A DNA stretch of 35,350 bases. It comes from a virus. Its lineage: Duplodnaviria; Caudoviricetes. The stretch is taken from IMG/VR virus record IMGVR_UViG_3300044608_002164, positions 1-35,350 of that record; one strand, 5' to 3'. Numbering within the stretch: the first letter of the stretch is position 1; every line of letters starts with the position of its first letter. Made by a program: the position numbers and the translations under genes. Under the pieces are notes generated by a model. That model saw only the letters and a list, made by a program, of their open reading frames with translations, was not told where the DNA came from and ran no database searches. Positions 8,750 through 17,702 of this stretch are shown here, piece after piece.

Positions 8750-11227
8750 TCACTCCCAGAGGTTGGCGGCGTTGGTTAGGGCCTCCGCAGACACCGCTCC
8801 ACCCTCTGCGGCGCCATCCGCCTCGCGCGCGCGCGCGGGGGGATATTCCCCAGAGTGTCCCCCGGTGGCAGATCCATTGGTATCACTGCCTTTGACCGGG
8901 GGACAGGGGGTGCCTTTTTCGGGTAGGTGTCCCCCGGTCGCGCCACCCTTACCGGAACCACCCTCTGACCGGGGGACACTTTGTTTTTCCACAGGGGGGG
9001 TGTCCCCCGGTCGATCGACTGCAGCGCAAGGGAAGTGCCCACTGGGGGACACATTTTTAACCTCTCCGCGTGCGCGCGTAGTGGAGGTATCAGGATGAAC
9101 CAAAACCGCCCTGTAGTGGATCACGGTGGATCCCCTCGGCCCCGGCACGCTCTCCACAGCCTCTATTAACCCCCTCTTCACCAAACGCTGGATCGCTTTC
9201 TTCGTCGCAGCCACCCGCCCCCCAACGAGTGGGTCGCTATTGAGATCCGCCTGCCGCAGCGTCCGCGGGAACACCGTCCGCAACCGCTGCAACACCCGAT
9301 CCGAGTGGCTCGCCGGAGTGCTGTCATCCGGGTTGACCTCCGGCGTGAAGTCCCGAATCGAGAACGACAGGTCGTCCTCCATCCGCATAAGCAGCTGTGT
9401 GCCCCCACGACCGCACCGGGACTTCTCGATCGTTATGACCCTCGCAGCGGGCCCTACCTCCGCCAGCAAGGCCCCCTCGGGCTTCTTCAGGGCCCAGACC
9501 TCGTTGACCGCATCCCGAATGGCGCTGGTGCCCCGGAAACCCCCCTGCTTGTTCGCGTGGTGGATCACCACGATCGTCGTGGCCGGATACAGCACCCCGT
9601 TGTTTCTGGTGAGCCAGTACAGCGGCTGCGCAAACTCGCTCTTGTTCTCGTCGAACGCCTTACCCCCAGCGCACCCGATCAGCGAGTCGATGATCACGAG
9701 CTTGGGCCGCCGCCGCTTCATCAACTCCATGAACTGGGCGTAGTAGTGGAGCGACCACTCCCCACGGATCAGCGTGCGCTCATCCAGCGGAAACTCCGCC
9801 TCCTGCAGCTGCTCCTGCAGGTCGCTCAGCGGCTGATCCCCGTTCAGGATCACCACATCGCCCTGCTGCACCGGCACCGGCCTCCCTCGAACCATGAATG
9901 GCAACCCCTCCAGCACATGCCGCCCCAGCGTCCAGGCGCTCATGCTCTTGCCGTCACCCCCCGAGCCGTACATCAGTACCACCCCCGGAGTGGGTAGCAA
10001 ATCAGGGATCAGGTACTCCCGCTCAACCACGAAGTCGCGCAATTTGTCCGCCGTCAGCTCCCCTGGATTTTCCACAAAGCCGACGTGATCGACATACACC
10101 TGCTCCAGCCGGCTCTGATCCCGATACCCGGCCTGCAGCGCCAACTGGTTCAGCTCGAAGTTCCGCTTCCCCGGATCCTCCAGCTCCATCACCGCCTTCA
10201 TCCGAGACATCGCCTCCTCGAACGACAGCGTTGCCTGCCTCACCTCCTGAACCTGGCGAGCTTCCGCCGCCTCAAGAACTCCCCTGCTGGCGTCCGAAAA
10301 TCGCCGCCTCAGCGGATCCTGCTGATCCGCAAGCCACACGAGGGTGGCAAACCCAATCCCCCCGCCCTGCTTGAACGACCCCCAAGGCTTCTCACACGGA
10401 TTCCCCTCCGCCCACTCGGCCGAATACTCCGGGTCCTCCGCACTCCACGCACTCCACAGCGTCAGCCCCAACTCCCCCGGCAGCGCCGAGTGGATCGCCA
10501 TGCCCACCTGCAGCCAGTGGTCCCGGCTCCCCGCCCCCTGCTGCGGAATCACCCGCAAGCAATCCTGCGCAATCTCGGCAATCTCATCCTCAGTCCTATC
10601 TGAGACATCCAAGGCTTTACGATTTTTTAAGAATCCCTTGCCGTCCACCGAGTCGGACGCCGCCGCAGACTCCCGCATCTCCGCCAGCAACCAACCCGGC
10701 GCCTCCGGAATGGAGCGCAAATCCCCAGACAGCGTGTACGCCCCCACAGGGGCCTTCCCATCGCTCGACCCCGGGTAGACGCCGTACAGCAGCCCCTGGC
10801 GGCCCCACAGGACCTCGTAGCCCGCTCCCGTGGCCGCCAGGCTCAGCCCCTTCACCTCCCCCCAGTGCTTCTCCGGCACCCGGAACAGGAACTTGGCCGC
10901 ATTGGCCTTGGTGCTGGTGACGCAGGGTGCCCCCTCCAGCGTCGCCCCCCACTTCTTCTTGAGTCGAGCGAGGTTGGCATCCACATCCAAAATCACCAAC
11001 CCCTGGCTCCGCGGTCCCGTGAACACGCCCACCGCCTTGAACACCTCGGGTCGCCGCTCGATCTGCAGCGCCACATCAGCCGGGTTCATCACGTGGTACC
11101 GCGCTCTGCCGTGGGGCGACTTGCCACGGCTCGGCTTCCCATCGCCCGGCATCACCGCCCCATCGGCGTAGATCGGCGCATAGGCGTAGCCCTCCGGCAG
11201 CGCCCTGACAAACGACAGCAGATCCAT
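8750..11227 (-). CDS. Primase-polymerase / PriCT-2 / RepA-type (AAA_25) helicase fusion
   Basis: GVFTG...LVILDVD (Prim-Pol), RDHWLQVGMAIHS...WSAWS (PriCT-2), Walker A YGSGGDGKS, Walker B LVIIDSL, VVIHHANK, RGTSAI. AGGAG RBS upstream. Confidence 0.9.
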   Translation of the reverse strand: MDLLSFVRALPEGYAYAPIYADGAVMPGDGKPSRGKSPHGRARYHVMNPADVALQIERRPEVFKAVGVFTGPRSQGLVILDVDANLARLKKKWGATLEGAPCVTSTKANAAKFLFRVPEKHWGEVKGLSLAATGAGYEVLWGRQGLLYGVYPGSSDGKAPVGAYTLSGDLRSIPEAPGWLLAEMRESAAASDSVDGKGFLKNRKALDVSDRTEDEIAEIAQDCLRVIPQQGAGSRDHWLQVGMAIHSALPGELGLTLWSAWSAEDPEYSAEWAEGNPCEKPWGSFKQGGGIGFATLVWLADQQDPLRRRFSDASRGVLEAAEARQVQEVRQATLSFEEAMSRMKAVMELEDPGKRNFELNQLALQAGYRDQSRLEQVYVDHVGFVENPGELTADKLRDFVVEREYLIPDLLPTPGVVLMYGSGGDGKSMSAWTLGRHVLEGLPFMVRGRPVPVQQGDVVILNGDQPLSDLQEQLQEAEFPLDERTLIRGEWSLHYYAQFMELMKRRRPKLVIIDSLIGCAGGKAFDENKSEFAQPLYWLTRNNGVLYPATTIVVIHHANKQGGFRGTSAIRDAVNEVWALKKPEGALLAEVGPAARVITIEKSRCGRGGTQLLMRMEDDLSFSIRDFTPEVNPDDSTPASHSDRVLQRLRTVFPRTLRQADLNSDPLVGGRVAATKKAIQRLVKRGLIEAVESVPGPRGSTVIHYRAVLVHPDTSTTRARGEVKNVSPSGHFPCAAVDRPGDTPPVEKQSVPRSEGGSGKGGATGGHLPEKGTPCPPVKGSDTNGSATGGHSGEYPPARAREADGAAEGGAVSAEALTNAANLWE
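8856..9051. repeat. Iteron-like array of six alternating-orientation 11-mers (candidate replication origin)
   Basis: TGTCCCCCGGT at 8856, 8928 and 9001. Reverse complement ACCGGGGGACA at 8895 and 8968, and ACTGGGGGACA at 9041. Period 72-73 bp. Confidence 0.8.
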
Positions 11228-11258
11228 CTGTTAGACTCCTAGTGGAATGTTTGGTTTC

Positions 11259-11290
11259 CGCCCCAGAGCCTAACCGCCTGGGGCGTTTTT
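11259..11290 (+). terminator. Intrinsic terminator-like hairpin in the divergent primase/SSB intergenic region
   Basis: CGCCCCAG-11 nt-CTGGGGCG followed by TTTTT. Confidence 0.5.
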
Positions 11291-11370
11291 CCAGACTACC
11301 CCCAGCGGCTTCCGAGCTGCTACACTCTCACTCGATGGCACTCCCGCCGTCCTCCCCAAACCAACCACCT

Positions 11371-11955
11371 ATGGGATTCCTCAGCAAAACCGCCTCCGAT
11401 GCCGTCAACGCCACCGCGGGCGGCAACTACTTCTCGCCCTCCAAGCTCCAGGACGGTGGCTCCATCCGCTTCGCCCTCCTGAGCGACGAGCCCCTTGAGT
11501 TCTATGAGACCTGGGGCACCGACGCCTCCAGCAAGTCCAAGCCCTTCCGCTTCGACTACGAGCCCACCTTCGAGGACGTGCTCGCCGAACTCGGCGACTT
11601 CACCCCCCGCGAAGGCCGCGGCGGCCCCGGCACCGCAGATGTGAAGTTCTGTATCGCCGCCCCAATCTGGTCGTACGAGGCCGGCACCGTCCAAGTCCTC
11701 TCCGTCTCCCAGAAGTCGATCCTGCGCGAGCTTGACGCGATCTCCCAAGAGGAGGACTATGCCAACCTGACCGAGTGGGACTTCACCCTCTCCAAGAAGG
11801 GCAGCGGCCTCACCACCGAGTACAAACTTCGCCCCGCCCCCCGCAAGAAAGGCAGCGATGTCACCATCGCCGCCGCGTGGGAAGAAGCCAAGTCGGCCGG
11901 CTTCGACCTCTCCCGCCTCCTCACCGGCGGCAACCCCTTCAAGCCCGAAGGCTGA
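11371..11955 (+). CDS. Putative single-stranded DNA-binding protein (gp32-like)
   Basis: Likely start MGFLSK (11371), not 11242. IRFALL, WSYEAGTVQVL, WDFTLSKKGSGLTTEYKL, GGNPF tail. TACACT at 11321-11326; divergent from the primase. Confidence 0.6.
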   Translation: MGFLSKTASDAVNATAGGNYFSPSKLQDGGSIRFALLSDEPLEFYETWGTDASSKSKPFRFDYEPTFEDVLAELGDFTPREGRGGPGTADVKFCIAAPIWSYEAGTVQVLSVSQKSILRELDAISQEEDYANLTEWDFTLSKKGSGLTTEYKLRPAPRKKGSDVTIAAAWEEAKSAGFDLSRLLTGGNPFKPEG

Positions 11956-11990
11956 GCTTCGCAGTCACCAAATCCTCCGCCTCTACCACA

Positions 11991-12212
11991 ATGGGTAACT
12001 ACAACAATTCCGACGACAACGCCGCTCTACTCGGCGCGGGCCTCGCCATCTTTCTTGCCGTGGCCATCACCACCGGCAGCGCTGTCGGCTGGGTCCGCAA
12101 CGTCATCGTCGTAACCCGCAGCGACTTCAACCACGTTGACGGTGAACTGGTCGTACGTGTCGTGGGCATCCCCATGGCCCCAGTCGGCGCCGTCATGGGG
12201 TGGATCCCATGA
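11991..12212 (+). CDS. Small membrane protein
   Basis: MGNYNNSDDNAALLGAGLAIFLAVAI...GWVRNV...RVVGIPMAPVGAVMGWI; ATG 11991 within the track ORF 11775..12212. Confidence 0.65.
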   Translation: MGNYNNSDDNAALLGAGLAIFLAVAITTGSAVGWVRNVIVVTRSDFNHVDGELVVRVVGIPMAPVGAVMGWIP

Positions 12213-12391
12213 CACACACGCTGGCCATGCTCGCCGGTCCTCTCTACGGGTACATGGCAGCCTGCACGATGCTCGCAGCCGAGAGGAAGGTGCCACCCGC
12301 TGGCACTATTGAACGAATCGGACTTGTCATCGCCGGGCTGGCGTGGCCCGTGATTATCGGATCCGCGGTGATTTACAAGACCATCCGCTAG
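12209..12391 (+). CDS. Small two-helix membrane protein
   Basis: ATGA overlap with the previous gene; two hydrophobic segments. Confidence 0.55.
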   Translation: MTHTLAMLAGPLYGYMAACTMLAAERKVPPAGTIERIGLVIAGLAWPVIIGSAVIYKTIR

Positions 12392-12459
12392 CACTCGGCC
12401 CGCCGGGAGCCTATCCCGGCCTTTCTCACAAACACCACCACCCACTCACCACAAAAACC

Positions 12460-12621
12460 ATGCCCGAATGGATCACCGACCGCCTTCCAACCGATGTCGA
12501 TTCCGACGCAGACGGGGACGTGCTAATTCCACGCTGTATCGGCGATACTCCCAGCACTGACAGGTGTAATTACCAACGCTTTGCGCTAGTCGTCCCTGGG
12601 CAGCCGTGGTACCCCGCATAA
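12460..12621 (+). CDS. Hypothetical protein
   Basis: MPEWITDRLPT...DADGDV; start follows a C/A-rich leader. Confidence 0.55.
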   Translation: MPEWITDRLPTDVDSDADGDVLIPRCIGDTPSTDRCNYQRFALVVPGQPWYPA

Positions 12622-12677
12622 ACAGCACCAACTAACCTGTAACCGCAAACAATCCCCCCATCCCCAACGACAAACCC

Positions 12678-13529
12678 ATGGAACAGTTCAAGGCTTCAGA
12701 AGAAGACTGGCAGCAAATTGAGTTGCTGTCCAAAGAAAGGTTCGGCGTTGCGTTCGTAGGTCTCTGCGACCTCCGCGACCGCGTGGCGGCGCTGGAGGCG
12801 AAGCAAGCACCCGGGGAATCCCCGGCGACTGCCCCGGCTGCCCCGGTTGTGGCGGTGCCGTCGGATCAGGAGCTGTGGGAGGTGCAGTTGAAGGTAAAGA
12901 GTCAATCAAGGCCGCACATTGGCTGGCAGGTATGGTCTCCAGAATCCGAACCTCTGATCGCCGCCCACCGCGCCCTGTACGACCACGGCTACGACCACGG
13001 CTACCAGCAGGGCCTAGCGGCCGGCCGCGCCGAGCAGGGAAGCAGTCAAGGAATCCTTGACGACTCAACGCCCGAGCCGAGCGACTTCCAGACCCTGCAC
13101 GGCACAGCACTAGGCATTGTTGACAGCTTGGGTCGGTCCTTCCACCTGCTCCCCGACATCCTGGACACCCTGCGCCGGGCGATCCACGAGCCGATGGCGG
13201 AGCAGCAGGCAGCCGCTGAGGCCACCCCCGATCCCGAGCCGGAACCTGTGCATTCCCAATACTTCTCCGGCCATGGTTTGATCGCTGGTGAAATAGACAG
13301 AGCGCTAGCGGAGGGAGGGTGGACGCCCACCCCGGAGCCCACCCCCGAGCCCAGCCCGTCCCCGGCGGCGGATGGGGGGCTGGTGGAGGAAGCGGTGCGT
13401 GCCATGCGTGCCGCGCCACTGGGCTACCAACCCGAAGCCCGCGCCGCAATCCTCAGAGCGGCCGGTTGGCTGCATAGAGAGGGCCACCTCAGCGCTGCCG
13501 CTTTGCTTGAGCAGGAGGCCAACCGATGA
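12678..13529 (+). CDS. Hypothetical modular protein with Pro/Glu-rich linkers
   Basis: 283 aa with PDPEPEP and PTPEPTPEPSP linkers; first gene of an overlapping chain. Confidence 0.65.
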   Translation: MEQFKASEEDWQQIELLSKERFGVAFVGLCDLRDRVAALEAKQAPGESPATAPAAPVVAVPSDQELWEVQLKVKSQSRPHIGWQVWSPESEPLIAAHRALYDHGYDHGYQQGLAAGRAEQGSSQGILDDSTPEPSDFQTLHGTALGIVDSLGRSFHLLPDILDTLRRAIHEPMAEQQAAAEATPDPEPEPVHSQYFSGHGLIAGEIDRALAEGGWTPTPEPTPEPSPSPAADGGLVEEAVRAMRAAPLGYQPEARAAILRAAGWLHREGHLSAAALLEQEANR

Positions 13530-13735
13530 CCACCAGCATTAACGGAGAGCGCCGCTACGGCGTGTGGGCCGGTTGCTCGAAAGGGTTTCCCGAGATTCCT
13601 GAAAGGTGCATTGAGGAGGTCTGGCCTCACGGCAGAGGTGGATGGACTCCATACCAATGCACCCGCAAGCGCGGCCACGGCCCAGATGGGTGCTACTGCA
13701 AGCAACACGCCAAACAATACGAGGCCACGAAATGA
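13526..13735 (+). CDS. Small Cys/His-containing protein (possible zinc binder)
   Basis: C...YQCTRKRGHGPDGCYCKQH; ATGA overlaps at both ends. Confidence 0.6.
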   Translation: MTTSINGERRYGVWAGCSKGFPEIPERCIEEVWPHGRGGWTPYQCTRKRGHGPDGCYCKQHAKQYEATK

Positions 13736-13959
13736 CCACCCCGCCCCTTTCGCCCGCCGCTCAGGCGGTGCTTGATGCTTACGAAGACGCCCCAATAATT
13801 GGCGGTCCACATGGCGGTGACGCCCTGGGAATCGCCGCCGCCATCCGAGCCCTGGTGGAGCAGGTGGCGAGGATAGGTCCAACGGGTATGCCTCACATCA
13901 TTCACGCCGACATCATCGCAATCGCCGCCGAGCTGGACGGCAAGGAGGTGGAGCCGTGA
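13732..13959 (+). CDS. Hypothetical protein
   Basis: MTTPPLSPAAQAVLDAY...; coupled start at 13732. Confidence 0.6.
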   Translation: MTTPPLSPAAQAVLDAYEDAPIIGGPHGGDALGIAAAIRALVEQVARIGPTGMPHIIHADIIAIAAELDGKEVEP

Positions 13960-14141
13960 GATCTGCTTTCATCTTCCTGGCCGCCAATCTCGCCAGCCTG
14001 GCGTGCGTGATCGGTGCGATCTTCCTAGCCCATGCGGGCATCGCTGGCTGGGGATGGTTCCTGGCCGTTGGCCTCCTGCTCTCAAGCTCTCCATCAAAAT
14101 CCACCACCCAACCCACGGAGAACGCCAATGAGCACGCCTGA
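13956..14141 (+). CDS. Small membrane protein
   Basis: Two hydrophobic helices with GWGWFL; GGAGGTG RBS. Confidence 0.6.
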   Translation: MRSAFIFLAANLASLACVIGAIFLAHAGIAGWGWFLAVGLLLSSSPSKSTTQPTENANEHA

Positions 14142-14874
14142 CCCCACCCCCACGCCGTTGCCGGCCGCGCCCGACTGGAGGGCGCTGTGCCAGGAGCTGC
14201 ACGATGCGCTGGACAGCGTTTTCCAAGTGATGGCCGGAGAGGCCGGAACAGATCACATCAACACTGCAACCAACGTGCTACTCCGCGTTGACGCCGCCCT
14301 GGCCACCCCGCCGGCCGTGGATGCCGATGAGCGGCTGCGCCTGGTGACCGCCGGTGTTCGCTCCGGTTACACCGCCGGGCATGACGCAACGGTTGAAGGT
14401 CACTACGGAGACCCCGAAGAGGTGGCGGCAGATATGGCCCCCGTGGTGCTGGCAGAAGCGGGCCCCGCCCCGCCGGCCGCCACCCGCGAGGCGGGGCCGC
14501 AGGCGGGGGCGGAGATCAGTGATGAGGAGCTAAGAGCGATTGGGGACACGATCATGGGATACGTTGCGGACCCAGTTGATAGTCAAGAGATGGTCGAGTA
14601 CGGTCGCGCCGTGTGGAACCGCGCCGCGCTTGCCCGCTGGGGCGGCGCTGCGGTGCCGGTGCCGGTGAGTGAGCGGCTGCCCGGGCCTGAGGATTGCGAC
14701 GCGGAGGGCCGGTGCTGGTTTTTCATCAGCAGTCTCGGCGGCTACGACGACGATTGGGGGTGGAAGCTGCTGGATCGAACCTACGGGGCCAGTCAGTGCC
14801 AGACGACGTGGATGCCACATCGGGCTTTGTCCTTGCCCGTTGCGGACGCTGAGGAGGCGAAAGGCAATGACTGA
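14128..14874 (+). CDS. Hypothetical modular protein
   Basis: MSTPDP...DWRALCQEL...PVPVSERLPGPEDCDAEGRCWF; start 14128 follows GGAG. Confidence 0.65.
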   Translation: MSTPDPTPTPLPAAPDWRALCQELHDALDSVFQVMAGEAGTDHINTATNVLLRVDAALATPPAVDADERLRLVTAGVRSGYTAGHDATVEGHYGDPEEVAADMAPVVLAEAGPAPPAATREAGPQAGAEISDEELRAIGDTIMGYVADPVDSQEMVEYGRAVWNRAALARWGGAAVPVPVSERLPGPEDCDAEGRCWFFISSLGGYDDDWGWKLLDRTYGASQCQTTWMPHRALSLPVADAEEAKGND

Positions 14875-15304
14875 AACCATACAGTCCACTACTACCCTTT
14901 ACGTCAAGAAGGGCCGCCGTTACATCCCATACGGCAATGTTGCCGACTGGCACCATGACGGCGACCGCATGCAAGCCGGCGAGTTTCGTCTAACCCATTG
15001 CGTCGGCGATGGGTCAACCCGGTATTACTACAACGTCACCCCCGATAATGCTGCATTCCTGGCAGCGGCCGGCATTGCGCAGGTTGCGATGGAGGAGGCG
15101 ATCTACCGAGAAGCAGCAAAAATAAACCCGGAAGCAGTCTGGGCTTGGACGCCGCAGCAACAGGAGATTATTCAGCGATTCCGGCACGACATGGCCGCCG
15201 CCGGTGGCTTGCTGCCGACCTACTGGCGCAAAGGCACGGCCGCTGAGATTGCCGCCGCTGGTGTTGCTGCCGTGCAGGCTGCAGCGGGGGAGGTGCAACC
15301 ATGA
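14867..15304 (+). CDS. Hypothetical protein
   Basis: MTETIQSTTTLYVKKGRRYIP...; GAGGAGG upstream. Confidence 0.6.
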   Translation: MTETIQSTTTLYVKKGRRYIPYGNVADWHHDGDRMQAGEFRLTHCVGDGSTRYYYNVTPDNAAFLAAAGIAQVAMEEAIYREAAKINPEAVWAWTPQQQEIIQRFRHDMAAAGGLLPTYWRKGTAAEIAAAGVAAVQAAAGEVQP

Positions 15305-15591
15305 ACATCAAGTACGTTGTCCACCGGTGCGCGGCACAAATCGACGCCTGCAAATGCGCAGAGGAAACCGCATCCTTTGTATGGCTTACGGGAGTTCACT
15401 CCGATAATGACCTCACCCAAAAGAAAAAGGATGGTGACGTGTTTGACACATGGGAGGCGGCACACGCCGAACTGACCCGCCGAGCTGAAACCAGTCTGAA
15501 TGCAGCACGCCGTCAGCTGCAGCTAGCCCAGGGCTTCGCCGGTAACGTGCGGGGCATGAAGCCGCCAGAGGGCGCGGGGGTGGAGTCGTGA
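15301..15591 (+). CDS. Hypothetical protein
   Basis: GGAGGTG RBS, ATGA overlap, FDTWEAAHAEL followed by a coiled coil. Confidence 0.6.
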   Translation: MNIKYVVHRCAAQIDACKCAEETASFVWLTGVHSDNDLTQKKKDGDVFDTWEAAHAELTRRAETSLNAARRQLQLAQGFAGNVRGMKPPEGAGVES

Positions 15592-16046
15592 GCCGCACAT
15601 GGGAGGGCGAGTCCGATAATCCCCTCGACTGGGGACGCTACGAGGCCGCCAAGCGCTCCACCCTGCGAGGCAAGCGTGGCCAGGCGTTCCTCCGGGAGCT
15701 TGTCGCCGCTCTGGATACCCTGCCGCAACCGGAGCTGTCAGAAGGCGCCCTGGGTGATCGCCGAACCGGCTGCGTATGCGCCCTGGGAGCCGTTGCGCTG
15801 GCACGGGGGCAGTCGTTTGCCGACCTGGCAACGGATGACGGCAACTGGAGCCCGGACGAAGCCGCCGAGTGGTACTCCATCTCCCCAACATTGGCCAACG
15901 AGATCATCAGCGCCAATGATGATTGGCGCGACGGCGATACCGTCAGCGTCCGCCGGTCTCGTTGGCGGCACGTCCGGGCCTGGGCGGTTCGCCATCTGAT
16001 CGAAGCGCCCCAGCGCGAGGCGGAGGTGCAGCCATGGGGGAGGTGA
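15588..16046 (+). CDS. Hypothetical protein
   Basis: GKRGQAFLRELVAALD...CVCALGAVA...ND...RWRHVRAW; GTGA overlap. Confidence 0.65.
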   Translation: MSRTWEGESDNPLDWGRYEAAKRSTLRGKRGQAFLRELVAALDTLPQPELSEGALGDRRTGCVCALGAVALARGQSFADLATDDGNWSPDEAAEWYSISPTLANEIISANDDWRDGDTVSVRRSRWRHVRAWAVRHLIEAPQREAEVQPWGR

Positions 16047-16050
16047 AGTG

Positions 16051-16275
16051 ATGTCCAGCATCAGACAGAAAAGGCTTATTGCAGATCGGGTACAGCGAAT
16101 CCTGCGGGAGACGGGACACCCGGAACTTCCAGCCGGAGAGATCACCTTCCACCTGCACGTAGAAGGCGCGGAGTCGTGGTCTTGGGCGGACATCCGCAAC
16201 AACGGGGCGATTGCTGCGCCCACTGCCAATCCATGGAACGAAGCGCAGGATCGCGCCGCCGCGGGTGATTGTTAA
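16051..16275 (+). CDS. Hypothetical protein
   Basis: GGAGGTG RBS; GTG 16048 or ATG 16051 start. Confidence 0.6.
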   Translation: MSSIRQKRLIADRVQRILRETGHPELPAGEITFHLHVEGAESWSWADIRNNGAIAAPTANPWNEAQDRAAAGDC

Positions 16276-16321
16276 GAACCACAACAACCGCACCGCCGCC
16301 CCTACCACGCCCACCTACACT
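16269..16321 (+). promoter_or_regulatory. Putative dcd promoter: TTGTT-N9-AACAA site plus TACACT -10
   Basis: GATTGTTAAGAACCACAACAACC is near-identical to 19403-19425. TACACT at 16316-16321. Confidence 0.5.
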
Positions 16322-16344
16322 CCCCTCACACACGAGCCCACCCC

Positions 16345-16959
16345 ATGCTGAAAAACGATCGCTGGCTCCAGGATGAGGGCCTCTTCGGTCTGGTCAAACC
16401 TTTCGTGCCGGAGCTGGTGCGGGAGGTGCAGCTTGACCGGGGCCCAGCACTGCACTTCTGGCGCAACGTGCCTGCCATCTCCTACGGCTGCTCCTCCTAC
16501 GGCTACGACCTGCGCCTATCACCAAGGGAGTTTCTTATCTTCCGCCACATCCCCGGCACCGTGATGAACCCCAAACGGTTCAACCCTGCAAACCTCGAAC
16601 CCGCAGAACTCCACAATGACGAGGATGGCGACTTCTTCATCCTCCCCGCCCACACCTACGGCCTTGGGGTGGCACTGGAGCACATCAACATGCCCCCCAA
16701 CGTCACCGGCCTGTGCATCGGCAAGAGCACCTACGCCCGCCTTGGCATCATCGCCAACATGACCCCCGTAGAGGCCGGATGGAGCGGCCACCTCACCCTA
16801 GAGTTCAGCAATTCAAGTGGTGCGGACTGCCGCATCTACGCCAACGAAGGTATCTGCCAGCTCCTCTTCTTCGAGGGCGAGCCCTGCGAAACCACCTACC
16901 AAGATCGCTCCGGCAAATACCAAAACCAACCCGAATCCGTCACCCCCGCAAAAGTGTGA
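16345..16959 (+). CDS. dcd: dCTP deaminase
   Basis: ISYGCSSYGYDLRL, GKSTYARLG, TPVEAGWSGHLTLEFSN, IYANEGICQLLFF, YQDRSGKYQNQ. Confidence 0.95.
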   Translation: MLKNDRWLQDEGLFGLVKPFVPELVREVQLDRGPALHFWRNVPAISYGCSSYGYDLRLSPREFLIFRHIPGTVMNPKRFNPANLEPAELHNDEDGDFFILPAHTYGLGVALEHINMPPNVTGLCIGKSTYARLGIIANMTPVEAGWSGHLTLEFSNSSGADCRIYANEGICQLLFFEGEPCETTYQDRSGKYQNQPESVTPAKV

Positions 16960-16993
16960 GCTTCGCCCACACATAACCACCGCACACACCTCC

Positions 16994-17239
16994 ATGACAC
17001 ACTGGCAACCGATTGAAACCGCCCCCAAAGAGTTCGGCGAAGTCATCCTCGGGCGTCTAGGACCGTACGACCCGGACGAAATCGCGGCTATCACATTCTG
17101 CATCGATAATTGGCACCGGGGATTCTGGCGAGTCGTACTCCCATCTTCTATAGCCAATCAGCTATATGCGGATGATGCGCCGCACCTCTGGAGAATAGAA
17201 ACCCGGTGGGAGCCCACCGAATGGATGCCGCGGCCATGA
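16994..17239 (+). CDS. Hypothetical protein (WQPIETAPK...PTEWMP type)
   Basis: MTHWQPIETAPKE...WEPTEWMPRP, a common small phage protein pattern. Confidence 0.65.
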   Translation: MTHWQPIETAPKEFGEVILGRLGPYDPDEIAAITFCIDNWHRGFWRVVLPSSIANQLYADDAPHLWRIETRWEPTEWMPRP

Positions 17240-17505
17240 CTTACACCTACGTAGGTCGTGTCTACGACCTAGCGCTTTCCCAAGGTTCCGCCAAGTGGAA
17301 AGTCCGCATCCACTGCACAAACCCAAACATCGATGTATTCGTACGCCTCAAAACCACCAACACCTACATACTCAACCAGCTCACCACTCTCCAAGATGGT
17401 GCGCTCATCGAAGTATCCGCCACCCCCAGCCCCGCCTCCGCCCCCGGCGAGCCCTACACCGTCACCCGCCTCACCGTGCTGAGCACTACCTCCGCAGAGC
17501 CATGA
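17236..17505 (+). CDS. Hypothetical protein
   Basis: ATGA overlap; beta-rich, possibly OB-fold-like. Confidence 0.55.
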   Translation: MTYTYVGRVYDLALSQGSAKWKVRIHCTNPNIDVFVRLKTTNTYILNQLTTLQDGALIEVSATPSPASAPGEPYTVTRLTVLSTTSAEP

Positions 17506-17684
17506 GATTCACAATCACTTCAGACTACGGCCGCATTGGTCCCTTCTGGTGGTACAACAGTGACACCCAGATCCGCGAAATGCACGGCCCGGGCTACCTC
17601 ACAACCTTCAGTAGGTGGGGCAGCTTCACCCTAGGCGGCGGCACCGTAGTTCACTCCCATACAGTCAGGCGCCCCCAGCCCTAA
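17502..17684 (+). CDS. Hypothetical protein
   Basis: MRFTITSDYGRIGPFWWYNSD...; ATGA overlap. Confidence 0.5.
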   Translation: MRFTITSDYGRIGPFWWYNSDTQIREMHGPGYLTTFSRWGSFTLGGGTVVHSHTVRRPQP

Positions 17685-17702
17685 CCACCCGCAACCACCC
17701 CC

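Noticed and set aside
11242-11370. N-terminal extension of the SSB-like ORF
   Set aside because: Spans promoter-like hexamers and a hairpin; ATG 11371 is the more plausible start.
12978-13004. Short tandem repeat TACGACCACGGC
   Set aside because: In-frame YDHG duplication, an ordinary slippage event.
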